The translations under genes were made by a program, and so were the position numbers. DNA of 64,000 nt, taken from assembly GCA_965223905.1 (NCBI GenBank), contig CBDCXV010000010.1:1920001-1984000 (forward strand), read 5' to 3'. Below the pieces are notes generated by a model that worked only from the letters and a program-made list of their open reading frames with translations, was not told the DNA's origin and did no database searches. Origin of the DNA: Candidatus Latescibacterota bacterium. Lineage in GTDB: Bacteria; Latescibacterota; UBA2968; UBA8231. Each line of letters opens with the position of its first letter. Position 1 is the stretch's first letter. This document shows positions 27,416-38,772 of the stretch, in pieces.

Positions 27416-29401
27416 TCAATAGGCCACCGCGACGACGCCGGTGTTGGTCTCCTTACCTGACTGCACGTCCACCACGAGCCGGTACAGATACAGCGCGGGC
27501 GGTACGAGCTCGTCCGAGTCGTCCCGGCCGTCCCACGCGTGGCTGTACTCACCCACGGGATCCTCCCCCTCATACACCCGTCTCACCGGCCTGCCCGACA
27601 GATCGTAAATCTCGAGTGAAACCGGCACCGCCGAGGTCAACCGCAGCAGCTTGTAGGATATGTTCGCCGCCTCATTCACCCCGTCAGCCGTTCGGCGTAA
27701 ACGGATTCGGCGAAATCCGAGGCGAAAACACCAGCGATTCGCTCAGAGCTGTTCTAACCGACAAACGATCACCTTCGATCTCATCGGTAGCATTGCCCGG
27801 CACAACCCGCTGCCGCACCTCGTGCGGCCTGGTCGTGTCGAACACTCTGCCTGCAAACTCGGTGCCCACTTCTCTCAGCACCGGAGCGGTGAACACCACC
27901 TCCACCAGCGCACCGGTTTGCGTCGAATCCAGCCGGCTCGGGAGCAGGACCTCGAACCCCAGACTATCTTCGTGGATGATCGACGAGAAATCCTTCTGAT
28001 CGACGCCGGCTATGCGCAGCGAATCGACCGACACCACCCCTGAAGGCGTCGCGATCTCCACCCCGTCAAAGCTTCTCTCGCCGGACCGGATCGTCGGACT
28101 GAGGTAATACGTAAACTGCGTCGCTTCGCCCACCCGGGTCTGGATCGGGTGAATCTCCCCGACCAGGCGGCGGACCAACGGCGGTACCGATGCCTTGAAC
28201 TCTATGTAGTCGAGCTTGCCCGCGTCCGCGACGGTGGTGGAGGCAAAATCCACTCTGATCTGGACGAACTTTCGAGGGCCGGGGGATACGATAGGGACCC
28301 CGGGATTCCCGAACGCATACGGACGCGAATAGAAGCTCCAGTGCTCCGTGTCGGGAGTCGTCCTGTCCAGCTCGTTTTCCGGTTTGTCAAAATCTTCCAC
28401 TCTGTCATACCGGCTCTTGTACTCCGTCATACTCAGGTCGCCGCCCCCCAGCAGAAACCTGACGAAGTCATGCTGTTCGTGGCGGGTCTCCCAGAAAATG
28501 ACCGGGTGCGGGTCGGCGCCTGCCCGGGTGCGGATGGCGACCCGGGCGCGGGGATCCTGCCGTCCAGACCAGCGGACCTCGCCCAGACTGGCGATGTCGT
28601 CCAGCTCGATGACGTCGGATTCATACGAGGCCTGCTTCGCGTACCCTCCTCCGTACAGCTCGAAAGCAGCCAACCGTACAGCTCGAAAGCAGCCAACCCG
28701 ATCTCCTTGGGCGTCTGCCGCAGGATCAACAACTGCACGAAGTTGGTCGTCACCGGAGGATCGAGCTTCAAGCTGACGTCGGGTTCGGTGTTGTCTTCCA
28801 CCTCCACAACAGGTCCGAGATTCCCGGTCCAGTTACAGCAAGGGTACACCCGGTCGCTGACACCGATGACGAATCGCTCCAGGAAGTGGTCCGTCCTGTC
28901 CGGCAGAGTCCGGAATCTCACTTCCCTGATGAAGAATCGCCCGCCTAAATCGAAATTCACTCTCAAGGATGCAAAAGGGTCGTTGCAACAGGAGGCGCGA
29001 TTGTCGAGGTGCCCCTGATCTACGGCCTTCCACGAGTACCCCGTACCCGGATCCTGATCGACCAGTCGATTTGCGGCCGTTTGTTCGAGGATACCTTTGC
29101 CAGCCTCCCGCTGCGCGACCACCCAGCCGCCTCTGCTCAACGACGATGCGGCAATATCGTCGTCTCCCCCGATGAAATGGGGCTGCAGGATACCGACCTG
29201 TAGCGAGTCCGGATCGAGGGCATCCTCCAGCTGCGAGTTCTCCGACCACCCGAGCTCCCTGAGCTCAATGCCGATCCCCTCCAGGCTATCCCTTTCCGCC
29301 TCGGAAAAGGGCTGGCCGATGCGGTAGATGGTCACACCCGAAGCGACGCGCGCATTGAGAGCGAGGGCCATCGAGACAAGCAGGAGAATTCCCGTCGTCA
29401 T
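27416..29401 (-). pseudogene. FTPNGDG/FlgD-Ig C-terminal-domain secreted protein, frameshifted
   Basis: Homologous to 3981-5729 (FDLGGRFFIREVRF, IVSPGPRKF, PFTPNG|DGVNE...VAVAY). Broken by a 23-bp tandem duplication (28651-28696) and a 1-nt insertion at ~27686. Confidence 0.8.
28651..28696. repeat. 23-bp perfect tandem duplication
   Basis: CCGTACAGCTCGAAAGCAGCCAA x2. Confidence 0.95.
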
Positions 29402-29449
29402 CTGGCAGAGAGATTTGGAGGAGGCGGATAGCATCGAATATGTCAAGCG

Positions 29450-29593
29450 CCCTCGGATTGTGAATGTCCGGGCTGCGGCTCGCTGCGCGAGGGCGTCGAT
29501 GCTGGTAACGCACAATGAAAGTATGCAATTGTCTGGAGAGGAACAAGATACGTGCGGGATGCGGTGCGATTAGCGTGGCGGGCTGTGGATCGA
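29450..29593 (+). repeat. Non-coding repeat B (second copy inverted at 57088-57244)
   Basis: Shared blocks TCGGATTGTGAATGTCC...GCTGCGCGAGG...GAGGAACAAGATAC...GCGGGATGCGGTGCGATTAGCGTGGC.GGCTGTGGA. Confidence 0.8.
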
Positions 29594-29659
29594 CACACCC
29601 AGTGGCAGGTGAGCTACCTCCTCGTCGCCGGCACCGACACCCGAGGATGGCACTCCTCA

Positions 29660-29975
29660 CACGCCGGGCCACGACTTCATCGAAGCCGGCGACGTCATCG
29701 GAGGCCGGGGCGGACTCATCTACTTCGTCAAGGACATCGAGGTCGGTCCGTGGGACCTGGTCGACATCCACCTCGGCTACGACGGTCCGGTGAAGGTGTG
29801 GTGGAATGGGCAGGAGGTTTTCGAAGGCCCCGGGACGAGTCCTGAGGTGCAGGACGCGACCTCGCTGCGCCTCGAATCCAGACACGGCACCAACCGTCTG
29901 GCCGTTGCCCTCGACACGCGGGGCGGCGAAGCGCGGGGGATATATCCGCGGTGGGAGCGAACCTGGGAGTCGTAA
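29660..29975 (+). pseudogene. C-terminal fragment of an unknown beta-sandwich-containing enzyme
   Basis: Reads LIYFVKDIEV...HLGYDGPVKVWWNGQEVF...GTNRLAVALDT with no start or RBS. Confidence 0.4.
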
Positions 29976-30026
29976 CTGCCAGTGGCTGCGAATGTTACGC
30001 GGGCTACCGCCTAGGTTTTCAGTCGC

Positions 30027-31352
30027 TCACTCACGCCGCGAGCGATTATTTTTCAGCACCAGGACTTGGGGTCCGGAGCGAAGCAACCGCTCAAACAAGG
30101 CCTTTTCCGGTATGCCGCTTGGGATATACCCTCCCCCCAGCACGACATCGGGGTCCCCGTCACCGTCGATGTCGCCTACGTCCATGGTCAGCCAGCGCCC
30201 ACCCATCACCGTCTCGTCAGTGTACGGCAGGAAGTCGAATCCGCCTCGATTCTCGAGATACGCGAACGACTCCCACCTGTCGGACGCGTAGTGAGGGTAG
30301 AAGGCGATCGCCGCGAGATCCAGATCACCGTCGCCGTCGAAGTCGGCCGCCCTGGCGTCATAGGCTCCGTACATCGGATAGAAATACGCTTCCTCGAATC
30401 GGTAGTCGCCGCGGTTCAGGTAGATGCGAATCCCGTGGTAGTTCCTGGGCGCATTGTACAGATCGACGATATCGCCATTGGTCACCAACACGTCGGTCAG
30501 ACCGTCGCCATTGAAGTCTTGCAGCTGGAATCGAGTGTGGCCGTAGGCAGGACCGGTCTCGAACAGCAGGTGGTGCGCGAACTCCCCGCCACCCTCGTTG
30601 ACGAACAGGTGCAGCCCCTCACGGGCATCGGACATCAAGACCATGATGTCGTCTCTTCCGTCCCCGTCAAAGTCGGTCACCTCAACTGCGACCGCACCGG
30701 ACAGCGGCAGCAAGACGTGCTCCGAGAACTCCCCGTTCGGCCCTGCTTCGAACCACGAGAAACTCCCGAACACGACACCGAATCCACACACGGCGAAGTC
30801 CGCCCGCCCATCCTGGTTGAAGTCGGCCACGTCCATGTCCGCCAGTCGGAACAGGTTTTCCAGCACGACCTTCGAGGTCGCTGGTAGGATTCGGTGGTCG
30901 GCGAGTCGCACCGACGAGATGAGCGCAGGCTTCGCCAACGACGGCTTGCTCCCGCCGAAGTCGCCGATCGAGGCGATGTACGCCGTCGTCCCCACGAACT
31001 CGATGTCGACGGGACTGATCTCCGGCTTCAGACGCATCGGTGGCCCCTTGGTCTGTCCGTTGTGGTCGAGCACGGCCAACGTATGGCTCGCCCCATCACC
31101 AATGTAGACCTCCCGGGTGGCCTCCCGGATGCGGACCATCGTGGTGAGCGCGCGACGGACCGAATAGTCGGATTCCACGATGTCGAACTGCGGCAGGCTC
31201 CAGTTCAGTGACGGTTTGCCCTGTTGCGGTAGAGGGACATCCGGCGCATTGGCCACGTAGTAGTGCCACAGCGCCGCCCACTCGTCCGGTGTGAGAGCTG
31301 GACTGTCCGGAATCGCGGATTCGCGCTTCAGAATCTGGTATATGGACTTCAC
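30027..31352 (-). pseudogene. FG-GAP/VCBS repeat protein, probably N-terminally truncated
   Basis: DFNQDGRAD, DFDGDGRDD, DFNGDGLTD, DFDGDGDLD and DIDGDGDPD repeats. No signal peptide; begins abruptly next to IS debris. Confidence 0.7.
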
Positions 31353-31569
31353 ATTCGGCTTTTTCCTGACGGAGGTATGTGGCAGGTCGGGCTTGAAAAC
31401 GACAGTGGGTAGGATTGGTTACACTGTATCGCGTAATCGGCCGGTCTGTTGCTGATTTCGTTTCAAGGCCCTGCTCGTCGCGAGTGTGGTGTTCGGCGTA
31501 CGGTTCGACCGAGGATCTCCTGCTCTCAGCTGCGGTCTCGGCAGGTACAGTCGTCCGATAATGCCTCTT

Positions 31570-31682
31570 GGTCTTGCAGGTGACGGGCGTGGATCCAAGC
31601 GTGTGCCCTGCGTGCGGCCAAGGACGTATGCACACTGTGCAGATTCTCAGCCCATCGGAACAGCGCGCACCACCTGAATGGC
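31570..31682 (+). mobile_element. IS91-family transposase extreme C-terminal remnant
   Basis: LQVTGVDPSVCPACGQGRM...RAPP matches the typical IS91/IS801 C-terminus. Confidence 0.6.
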
Positions 31683-31756
31683 GTCAGCGGACTCTGGCGC
31701 TCGGGCCGTCAGCGAATACGGGTACGCGGGCCGCCCTCAGAACGCCTGCGATGATA

Positions 31757-32164
31757 ATGATTGAAAAACGAGTCCCGTTCCCGCGTCCCATTGTTTCGCT
31801 CCTGGGTATGTGTCCCCTCCTGCTGCTGCATTGCGGGCCTCCGAGGGCCCTGGATCGCCGTGTGGGCGACATGGTGCAGGCGCTTGGAGCGAACGACCTG
31901 GTAGACAATACTATCCTCTGGCTTCGTCCCTGGGACCGCCGGGACCGGCCAACCTTCGAGGCCTTCCCCCTTGTCGAAGACGGGCTGCTGATGGTGGTGA
32001 TGGTGAGCTACGTTGGATCCACCTACGATACGAATCTGGTCTTGAGGCCCCCTGAGGCAGGGCGTGACGGGATGACGCTCAAGGAGCTTTCTCGGGCAGA
32101 GAGATCGGTCTCGAAGTGGTGGGACGCAACGGAGCCTGCAGATCCCTATTCATATGACGGGTGA
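31757..32164 (+). CDS. Hypothetical protein, possible lipoprotein (may be partial)
   Basis: Hydrophobic N-terminus with LLLLHC; no recognised motif. Start uncertain. Confidence 0.35.
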   Translation: MIEKRVPFPRPIVSLLGMCPLLLLHCGPPRALDRRVGDMVQALGANDLVDNTILWLRPWDRRDRPTFEAFPLVEDGLLMVVMVSYVGSTYDTNLVLRPPEAGRDGMTLKELSRAERSVSKWWDATEPADPYSYDG

Positions 32165-34113
32165 AGAGCTGTGGCGCGTCTACACCCTGGAATGGTAGCC
32201 GGGAGAGTCCGATGTCCTCGATGACAGAGCTGTTTCTGGATGACGAGATGATCGAGATGGCCGCGGGGGTCGTGCGCAGGATCCATCAACCCGCCAAGCA
32301 CCGCATGAATCCCGTGGTGCGGGCCGAGGAGTGGTGGGAGGGTAATCAGCTTGTGCCCTACTGTACGATGTACGACGAGGAGGAGAAGCTTTTCAAGATG
32401 TGGTGCCGATGTGGGTCGGACTCCCCCGAGAAGCACGTGGACGGGCACGCCGCCTGTTCCACCTATCTCACATCGAAGGACGGGGTCCACTGGGAGAGGC
32501 CCATCCTGGGTGTGATGGATTTCGGGGGCCGGAGGGACCACAACGTGATCTTCACCGGAGATGAGACCACGAAGTTGAGACCCCAGGGGAGGAAGGGGGT
32601 CATCATCTCGGTGGTGCGGAATCCGCACGCGAAGGACGAGGATGAGAAGTACGTCGGCATGGCCTTCCGGTTGAGGAAACGGGGTGCTTACCTGGGGTAT
32701 TCCGTGGACGGGATCCGCTGGCGGTTCGACGAGGAGCCCTTCTGGCAATCGCGGCTCGACCCGGCTTCGTGGGGCGATGACAATGTCAAGCAGCTTATTT
32801 ACGCCCTTGTTATTCATGCAACCCGCGCATAAGGGGCATAGGCGCTTCCGAGACCCCTTCGCCTAGCCTCAGAGGCATGCCTAGCAACTATAGTTGCCTT
32901 TTTGGGTAGAGGCGTCCCCTTATCTCTACCGACCTTGGTGAAATGGTACGCGCCTTCTCCACGACGCTTGCCTTCCGAGCCGATCCCCCGACCGACCCGG
33001 CCTGCGCCTACGCCATCGCCCCGTCCGCCGGTTTGAGCGTGGCCAGAAATCTCCACAGACGATACCAGGCAGCGGCCATCCCTTGGGTCAGGATGACGCC
33101 CACCCTGCGCCCGTGCAAGGTAACGCGGCAGGGCCGGCGCAGGTAGCGCCGGCGAAAGCTGTCCAGGCTCAGGGCCGTCGTCGTGCGTCCGTACTTGCGG
33201 GGCCGCCCGCGCCGGGCCTCGGCGCGCTCGGCGGCCTGGCGGCCGAGGTGAAGCAGGTTGCAGGCCAGCAGGTTCAAGGTCAGGATCGCCTGGTTGGCGG
33301 CGAAGGCGTCCCGGGACGGGGTGCGCTGACGCGGCTCTCGACCCCGGTAGTGTCGCTTGCGGCGGGTGGTCGAGGAGAGCTGCGGCTGGAGGGTGGAGCT
33401 CAACTCGCCGAGCATGCGCTCGAAGAGGCCGCGTTGACGATAAAAAGCGACCAGCTCCCGGCCGCTCATCCTCTTCGTGCTCAGGTCGGTGATCAGGAAG
33501 AAGTGGCGGGCGATGGGCAGCTCCTCCGTCTGGGAGGGGACCAGGACCAACACCACCCGCCGGGGCTGCGGCCAGGAGCGGGCCTGATAGACCAGCTCGC
33601 GACAGCCAAAGCCCTCTTCCCGCAGCCGCTCCGGGTGCCGGGCCAGTTCCTGCTGATAGCCTTCCACCCAGGAACGAGCCAGCTCCTCCAGGCGCGTATT
33701 CTTCTTGATGCGCGCCACGTACGAGGTGTCGGCCCGGTCTTCCAGCTCCCTCAGGAAAGACCCGCTCACCGAGGCCGCGTCGAAACGCAGGATGAGGCGC
33801 CGGGCCAGGTGCGACTGAATCCAGTCCAGGCGCTTGCCGAGAGCCTCTGAGGCGCCCTCGTGGGCGTGCACGTTGCCCGGCCGCAGCACGGCACCGAAGA
33901 AATCGCCCGTCTGCGCCGAGCCCAGCATCAGGGGATGGTACCCCGAGGCGTGGAAGTAGCCGTTGTATTCGACCCCCGCCTGGTGCCCGTGCACCGGCAT
34001 CGGCAGGGCATCCAGGTCGACGGCCAACTCCTCGTATTTCATCCGTCGTTCGAGCAGCTGGCACCGGGACCGGGCGCTGCGCAGCACCGCTTCCTCCAAC
34101 ACCTCGCGGTTAT

Positions 34114-37067
34114 CAGGCCGTTGAAAAACCGGGATGTTCCGGAAATCGGAAGGATTCAGAATGTAGGGTTATGTTTCCCGGTTAATTGGACAATTGGAGC
34201 ATCATTCTCATATAGAGAAGACGAGCTCGAAAAGGTAACGAAAGAAGCTTCAAACAGCGGCGTATTCGGCTGAAGAACTCAAAAACGCTTTTAAAACGAT
34301 CAGAACCGGCCCTGAAAACCGATGCCAGCCCATGAAACCCCCTCGGGGTTCCCCTTCCGATGAGCTTGCGCAGCACCAGCCCGAGATTAAACTGGACTTT
34401 TGCAAACTCCACTTTTACTAAAGTTTGAGATGTGCGACAATTCTCTGCTCTGTCCACCCTATTGTGGCTTGGTCCACTACCCAGGAGATAGTCATACTGA
34501 GCGTTTCTCGCGACACCGCTCGACAGGCTTCGCCGATGGTCGTCAGCACGCTATGAGCCCAGTCACGCGCACGGCCCTGCCGCATCCGTGCCATGAGCAG
34601 ACTGTGCGTCAGCATCACGAGGTACATATGCCGGGTTTGGCCCTCGCCGCTGCGTAACTGACAGTCTCCCATGCCCAGATGGTGCTTGCCGTCCCGATGA
34701 AAGGTCTCGGTGCCCGTCCAGCGTTTGCGATACACGTTCAGTATACGACTGACCTCCCAATGCACGCGGTTGGTGAGCAGAAACTTGACCGCTCCCCTGC
34801 CGTTCTTGCGATCCCACAGGATCACCAGACGAACGCGGTGACCGAGCTTGGGCAGGCGCACGGTCCGGGTGAAATACCATTGCTTGCGGTCGCCGATGCC
34901 GACGCGTTTGCGGTCTTCGGATGGAATGGTCGCGGCCACTTCGGCGGCCTTCATCTGACGGCCCTGAAACTCGACCTTGCGGTTGCTCTTCAGGGCGCTT
35001 ACGTAGCCAAAGCTCATGAGTATGGATGTGATCGAGACTCTCGACACTGCTGAAGTAGCAGTCAAAGGCGAAATCGCCCGGGATCTGTCGGAAAACAACC
35101 CAGTCCACCAGCTCTTTGAACAGCTCGGTATGGCTCTTGAAGGACGTGTCCGTGTCGTCCTCCTGGCGCTTGCGAAAGCGCCGGAATTCCAACGGATAGT
35201 ATTTCCCCGACGGTGCACACGTAGTTGGCGATGACGTAGTCGTGCGCAATCATATGGCGCTTGTCGGAGTGATCCCAGAACCACCCCACGTCCTCGATCT
35301 TGTCTCCGCTGTGGCCGACCAGGGTGTTGTCGATGGCGATCACCCCGCGCGCCGAATAGCGCGTCGAGGGGGAGTCCTGCAACCAGTCCAAGCGATGTTC
35401 GTTGAGCAGCTTTTCATCCCAGGACACCTGCGTAATCCAGCGATTCAGGCAGGATTGATCCGTGGTGTCGGCAAACTCGGCGTTGATCGCCGATACGTTT
35501 TTGCGCTCCGTCACCACAAGCCCGGTCAGGTATTCGCCGAAATGCCGGCGCTCCGGGGCATTGGCAAACAGCCCGCCAAACTCCTCCAGCGCCTCCTCGA
35601 CCACGGTGGGAAAAGCAATAATGCCTGGCATCGACGACCTCTCTCATCGCATCGCCAGGGGAGACCAAGGCGGGGGATGCCTTCGTTCTACCAAAAATAC
35701 CAAAAAAACCGGCCAGCTTGGGGATGCCTGAATTCTTGACCGGTCATCCTGGAATTGGGCTTTTTGCAAAAGTCCAGATTAAAGGCGCCGCCATGAATAC
35801 ACAGGCGCTTGTAGATGTTGCTGTGGCCGCGCAAGTGAGTACGTCGCATACCCCCGGTTTCATAGGTATGAGCAAAACTGCGTTCCGCATACTCGGCGCG
35901 CCGCCGCTGCAGCCTCTTGCCTCGCTCTCCTCGTATGCGCCGGCGATTGGCATACACCGCCACTTTGGCCGCCGCATCCTTTTTCCAGTTTCGACGGCCG
36001 CGATCCGGTTCCGAAACGTAGCTGCGGATCTGGGCATCCTTCAACGTCTTCATCGTCTGATTGCTGTGATATCCCTTATCCGCCACCACTTCGCCGAGCG
36101 CCGTCTTCTCATCGACCTGGCCGACCTCTTGCAGAGTGCGATCGGCCTGGGCCAGACTCCCGGTCAGCGACTCGGGGTCCCCTGCATCGGCGCCCCCCAC
36201 CTGGATGGCCACCAGCGCCTGGGTGTCCACATCGACCGTATGTTCGGCCTTGTGAGCCAAGTGGGTGCGTCCGTCTTTCATCTTGGTAATGCGGGCATCC
36301 GCATCATGGGGATGCTCCCAGTCCTTGTTGGACGCCTTGTTCGCCCGCTTCTTGTCGAGCCGGGCCAGGTCCTGCTTCGTCGGGGTTTGGATCCCTTCGG
36401 CCTGGGCCAGCCCTTGCAGGTATTCGGAGTAGGTTTTGCCCGTGTCCCGGCGCACGATGCTGCGCATGGCGGCGTTGGCTTCCAGCGTGGTGGCGTCCAC
36501 CGCCACCGTCTTGCCCTTGAGCAGGTCGTGGTCGGCCAACACCTTCAACACCCAGTCGAAGACCGCTTGGTGCACCTCCACCGGCAGGCGCCCGCGAATG
36601 CGCGACAGACTCGAGTGCTCCGGGGGGGGATTCGCTCAAGCGGTAGCCCAGAAAGCGGCGCAGGGCCAGCGAATCGGCGACGCGCCAGGCGATGCCCCGC
36701 TCCGAACCCAAACCCTCGAAATAGCCGATCATGAGCATGCGAAAATAGACTCCGGGGGGGATACTGGGACGCCCCAGCGTCTCGGCGTAATACGGGGCGC
36801 AGAGCGCTTCTACGAAGGAATCGAATTCATGCTCGGCCAGCAGCTGGTTGAGTCGAGTGTAAAACGGATGACCCGGCACCTCGGACAGGGTGCTGCTCGG
36901 CACCCACATTTCTTGCTGCTGACTTTCTTGACGCTTGCTCATCGACATCACCGACCTCCTCCGGACAGCGGCCTTTTTCTTTGGTGTTTTCTAAATCTAG
37001 AAATGGCTGGTTCGACAAGCAATCCCGGTGTGTGTTTTTTAGAAAATCAGACTTTTTCAACGGCCTG
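34114..37067 (-). mobile_element. IS1182-like element (middle), interrupted
   Basis: 15-bp TIR CAGGCCGTTGAAAAA and TSD TTAT. Transposase GRPSIPPGVYFRML...AVDATTLEANA...ADKGY, with a frameshift in the G8 run at ~36622. Confidence 0.88.
34392..35777 (-). mobile_element. IS701-like element (inner)
   Basis: 15-bp TIR CTGGACTTTTGCAAA with ATTAAA duplicated on both flanks. Transposase 35631-34418 (HFGEYLTGL...IAIDNT...YRKRWTGTETFHRDGK) in three frames. Confidence 0.85.
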
Positions 37068-38604
37068 TTATAGGCAGTAGAGGCTTGCTCGAGCAGGCGC
37101 GACAGTGTCGGCTGACTGGCCAGTCCCTGCGGCCGGTTTCCGTCCGGGGTGCGCAACGGCGCCTGCCCTTTGCGATCGCTGACCGCCAGGCGCAGGACCG
37201 GATCTTCGCGCAGCGCGTCGGCGTCGTCGGCGTGGGTCCAGCCCTGCGCCAGCAGCACGATCTGCGTGCGCAGCAGCTCCGGCAGCGGATGCGTGATCTG
37301 GTCTTGGGTACGGAGGTCCTCGAAGTGGGCGTCCACCCAATTCAGGACCTGGCTGTGATCGAGCAGTTGCCGCAGCACCAGCGCACCGGGGTCGCTGCTG
37401 AGGTGAGTGGGACGGGCTTCGATGTGGATGGAGCGGTTGAAAGACGGCTGGATCGGCCCGCCTTGCTCGGACTGGGAGTGTGACGGTAATTCACCCATCG
37501 GGTGTCCTCCTGTGTGCTTGGGTCAAAGGGCGATGCTGACGTGTGTTTCCCTCTGAAACCTAGGCATGGGAGGCACCCCAGTACAGCCCTCTCCACTAAA
37601 ATTCCATGAATAACAAGGGTTACGACAAGCTGAAGAAGAAATGGGTGATGTATCGCCGGGTGATTCCCCAGGAGAGCGAACGGATGGTGGCTCAGCCCGG
37701 GGACGAGGACTGGCCGCCCGTGGACCGATACTTCCGCGTCTGGGGCTACGCGGACAGCGAGGATCTTCAGGAGTGGGGCAACTACCAGATCGTCTTGAGC
37801 ATGGACGGGGACGATCCGGCGGACACGGAGGCCTACAACCTGACCTGCTACAACTACGAACAGGTCTACGTGGGATACCTGAACGTATTCCACATGGCGC
37901 CTGGCACCGGCAATATCGATGTTCAGCTCGTGACTAGTCGCGACGGAACCAACTTCACGCGGGTGTGTCGGCGGGAGGTGTTCATTCCGTCCGGTTCGGA
38001 TGGCTACTTCGACTACATGGTATCCACGGGCTTCCAACCGGAGCCCCTGATTGTGGACGATACGGTTTACCTCTATTACGAGGCGGTGAACTTCCCGCAC
38101 GACGTACGTCAACGGCCCCCTCACTCAGGGACTTCTGTTGGACTGGTGACTTTCAAACGAGACCGGTTCGTGAGCATGCAGACCGGGCCTCCGGGTCCCC
38201 ATCGGCTGGTGACCAAGCCCTTCGTGCTGCCGTATCCGAAGCTGTCCCTAAATGCCGCGACCTGGGGCACCGGGTCGATTCGCGTGGAGGCGCTCACGCG
38301 GGACTGGGAGCCTATCGACGGCTTCACAGAGGGAGACTGTGATCCTGTCCAGGGGGACGCACTCGCCCATCCGGTCCGCTGGAAAGACAACTCCGATCTT
38401 CAGAAACTCGTGGGCAGGGAGATCCGCCTGAAGTTCTACATGGCTGACGCGCGGATCCACGCGATGGCCCTGGACGAAGACGAGCGTGAGCCTAAACCCG
38501 TGTCCGACCCATGCGGGTTCGAGGTATCCGAGGACTACGCCCCGAAGGGAATCTGACGGGGGATTTGGCAATCACCGTGGATATCGTGACGGCCTCGTGG
38601 AGAG

Positions 38605-38630
38605 CATAACGGCCGTTTTGATTCCTATCC
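38605..38630 (+). mobile_element. IS91 oriIS-like end remnant
   Basis: CATAACGGCCGTTTTGATTCCTATCC; the first 11 nt are identical to 49997-50007. Confidence 0.5.
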
Positions 38631-38685
38631 GTTCATAGAGCTGCCGGCAGTGATCCCCGTTACTGGTCACCACTTTCTGCCGACC

Positions 38686-38722
38686 GTCAACATTTGACAA
38701 TATCTCCTACTCTCGTCACGAT
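38686..38722 (+). promoter_or_regulatory. Putative promoter TTGACA-17 nt-CACGAT with overlapping GTCAA-N3-TTGAC inverted repeat
   Basis: Perfect -35 at 38694-38699 in AT-rich DNA upstream of the C45 gene. Confidence 0.4.
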
Positions 38723-38772
38723 GATTTTAATGAAATATCCGGGTAAGATGTTGAACACAGAGGATACCGACG

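Larger units (their letters stand above)
32804..37619 (-). mobile_element. IS1380-family element (outer), interrupted
   Basis: 15-bp TIR CCCTTGTTATTCATG and TSD TTACG. Transposase halves at 37498-37068 (SSDPGALVLR...ASQPTLSR) and 34113-33008 (YNGYFHASGYHPL...LRPGN). Confidence 0.92.
32221..38556 (+). pseudogene. Beta-propeller hydrolase-like gene interrupted by the nested IS stack
   Basis: 5' half (32221-32803: ELFLDD...EWWEGN...SKDGVHWERP...KQLIY) and 3' half (37620-38556: YDKLKKKW...KRDRFVS) rejoin in frame across the TTACG duplication. Confidence 0.85.
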
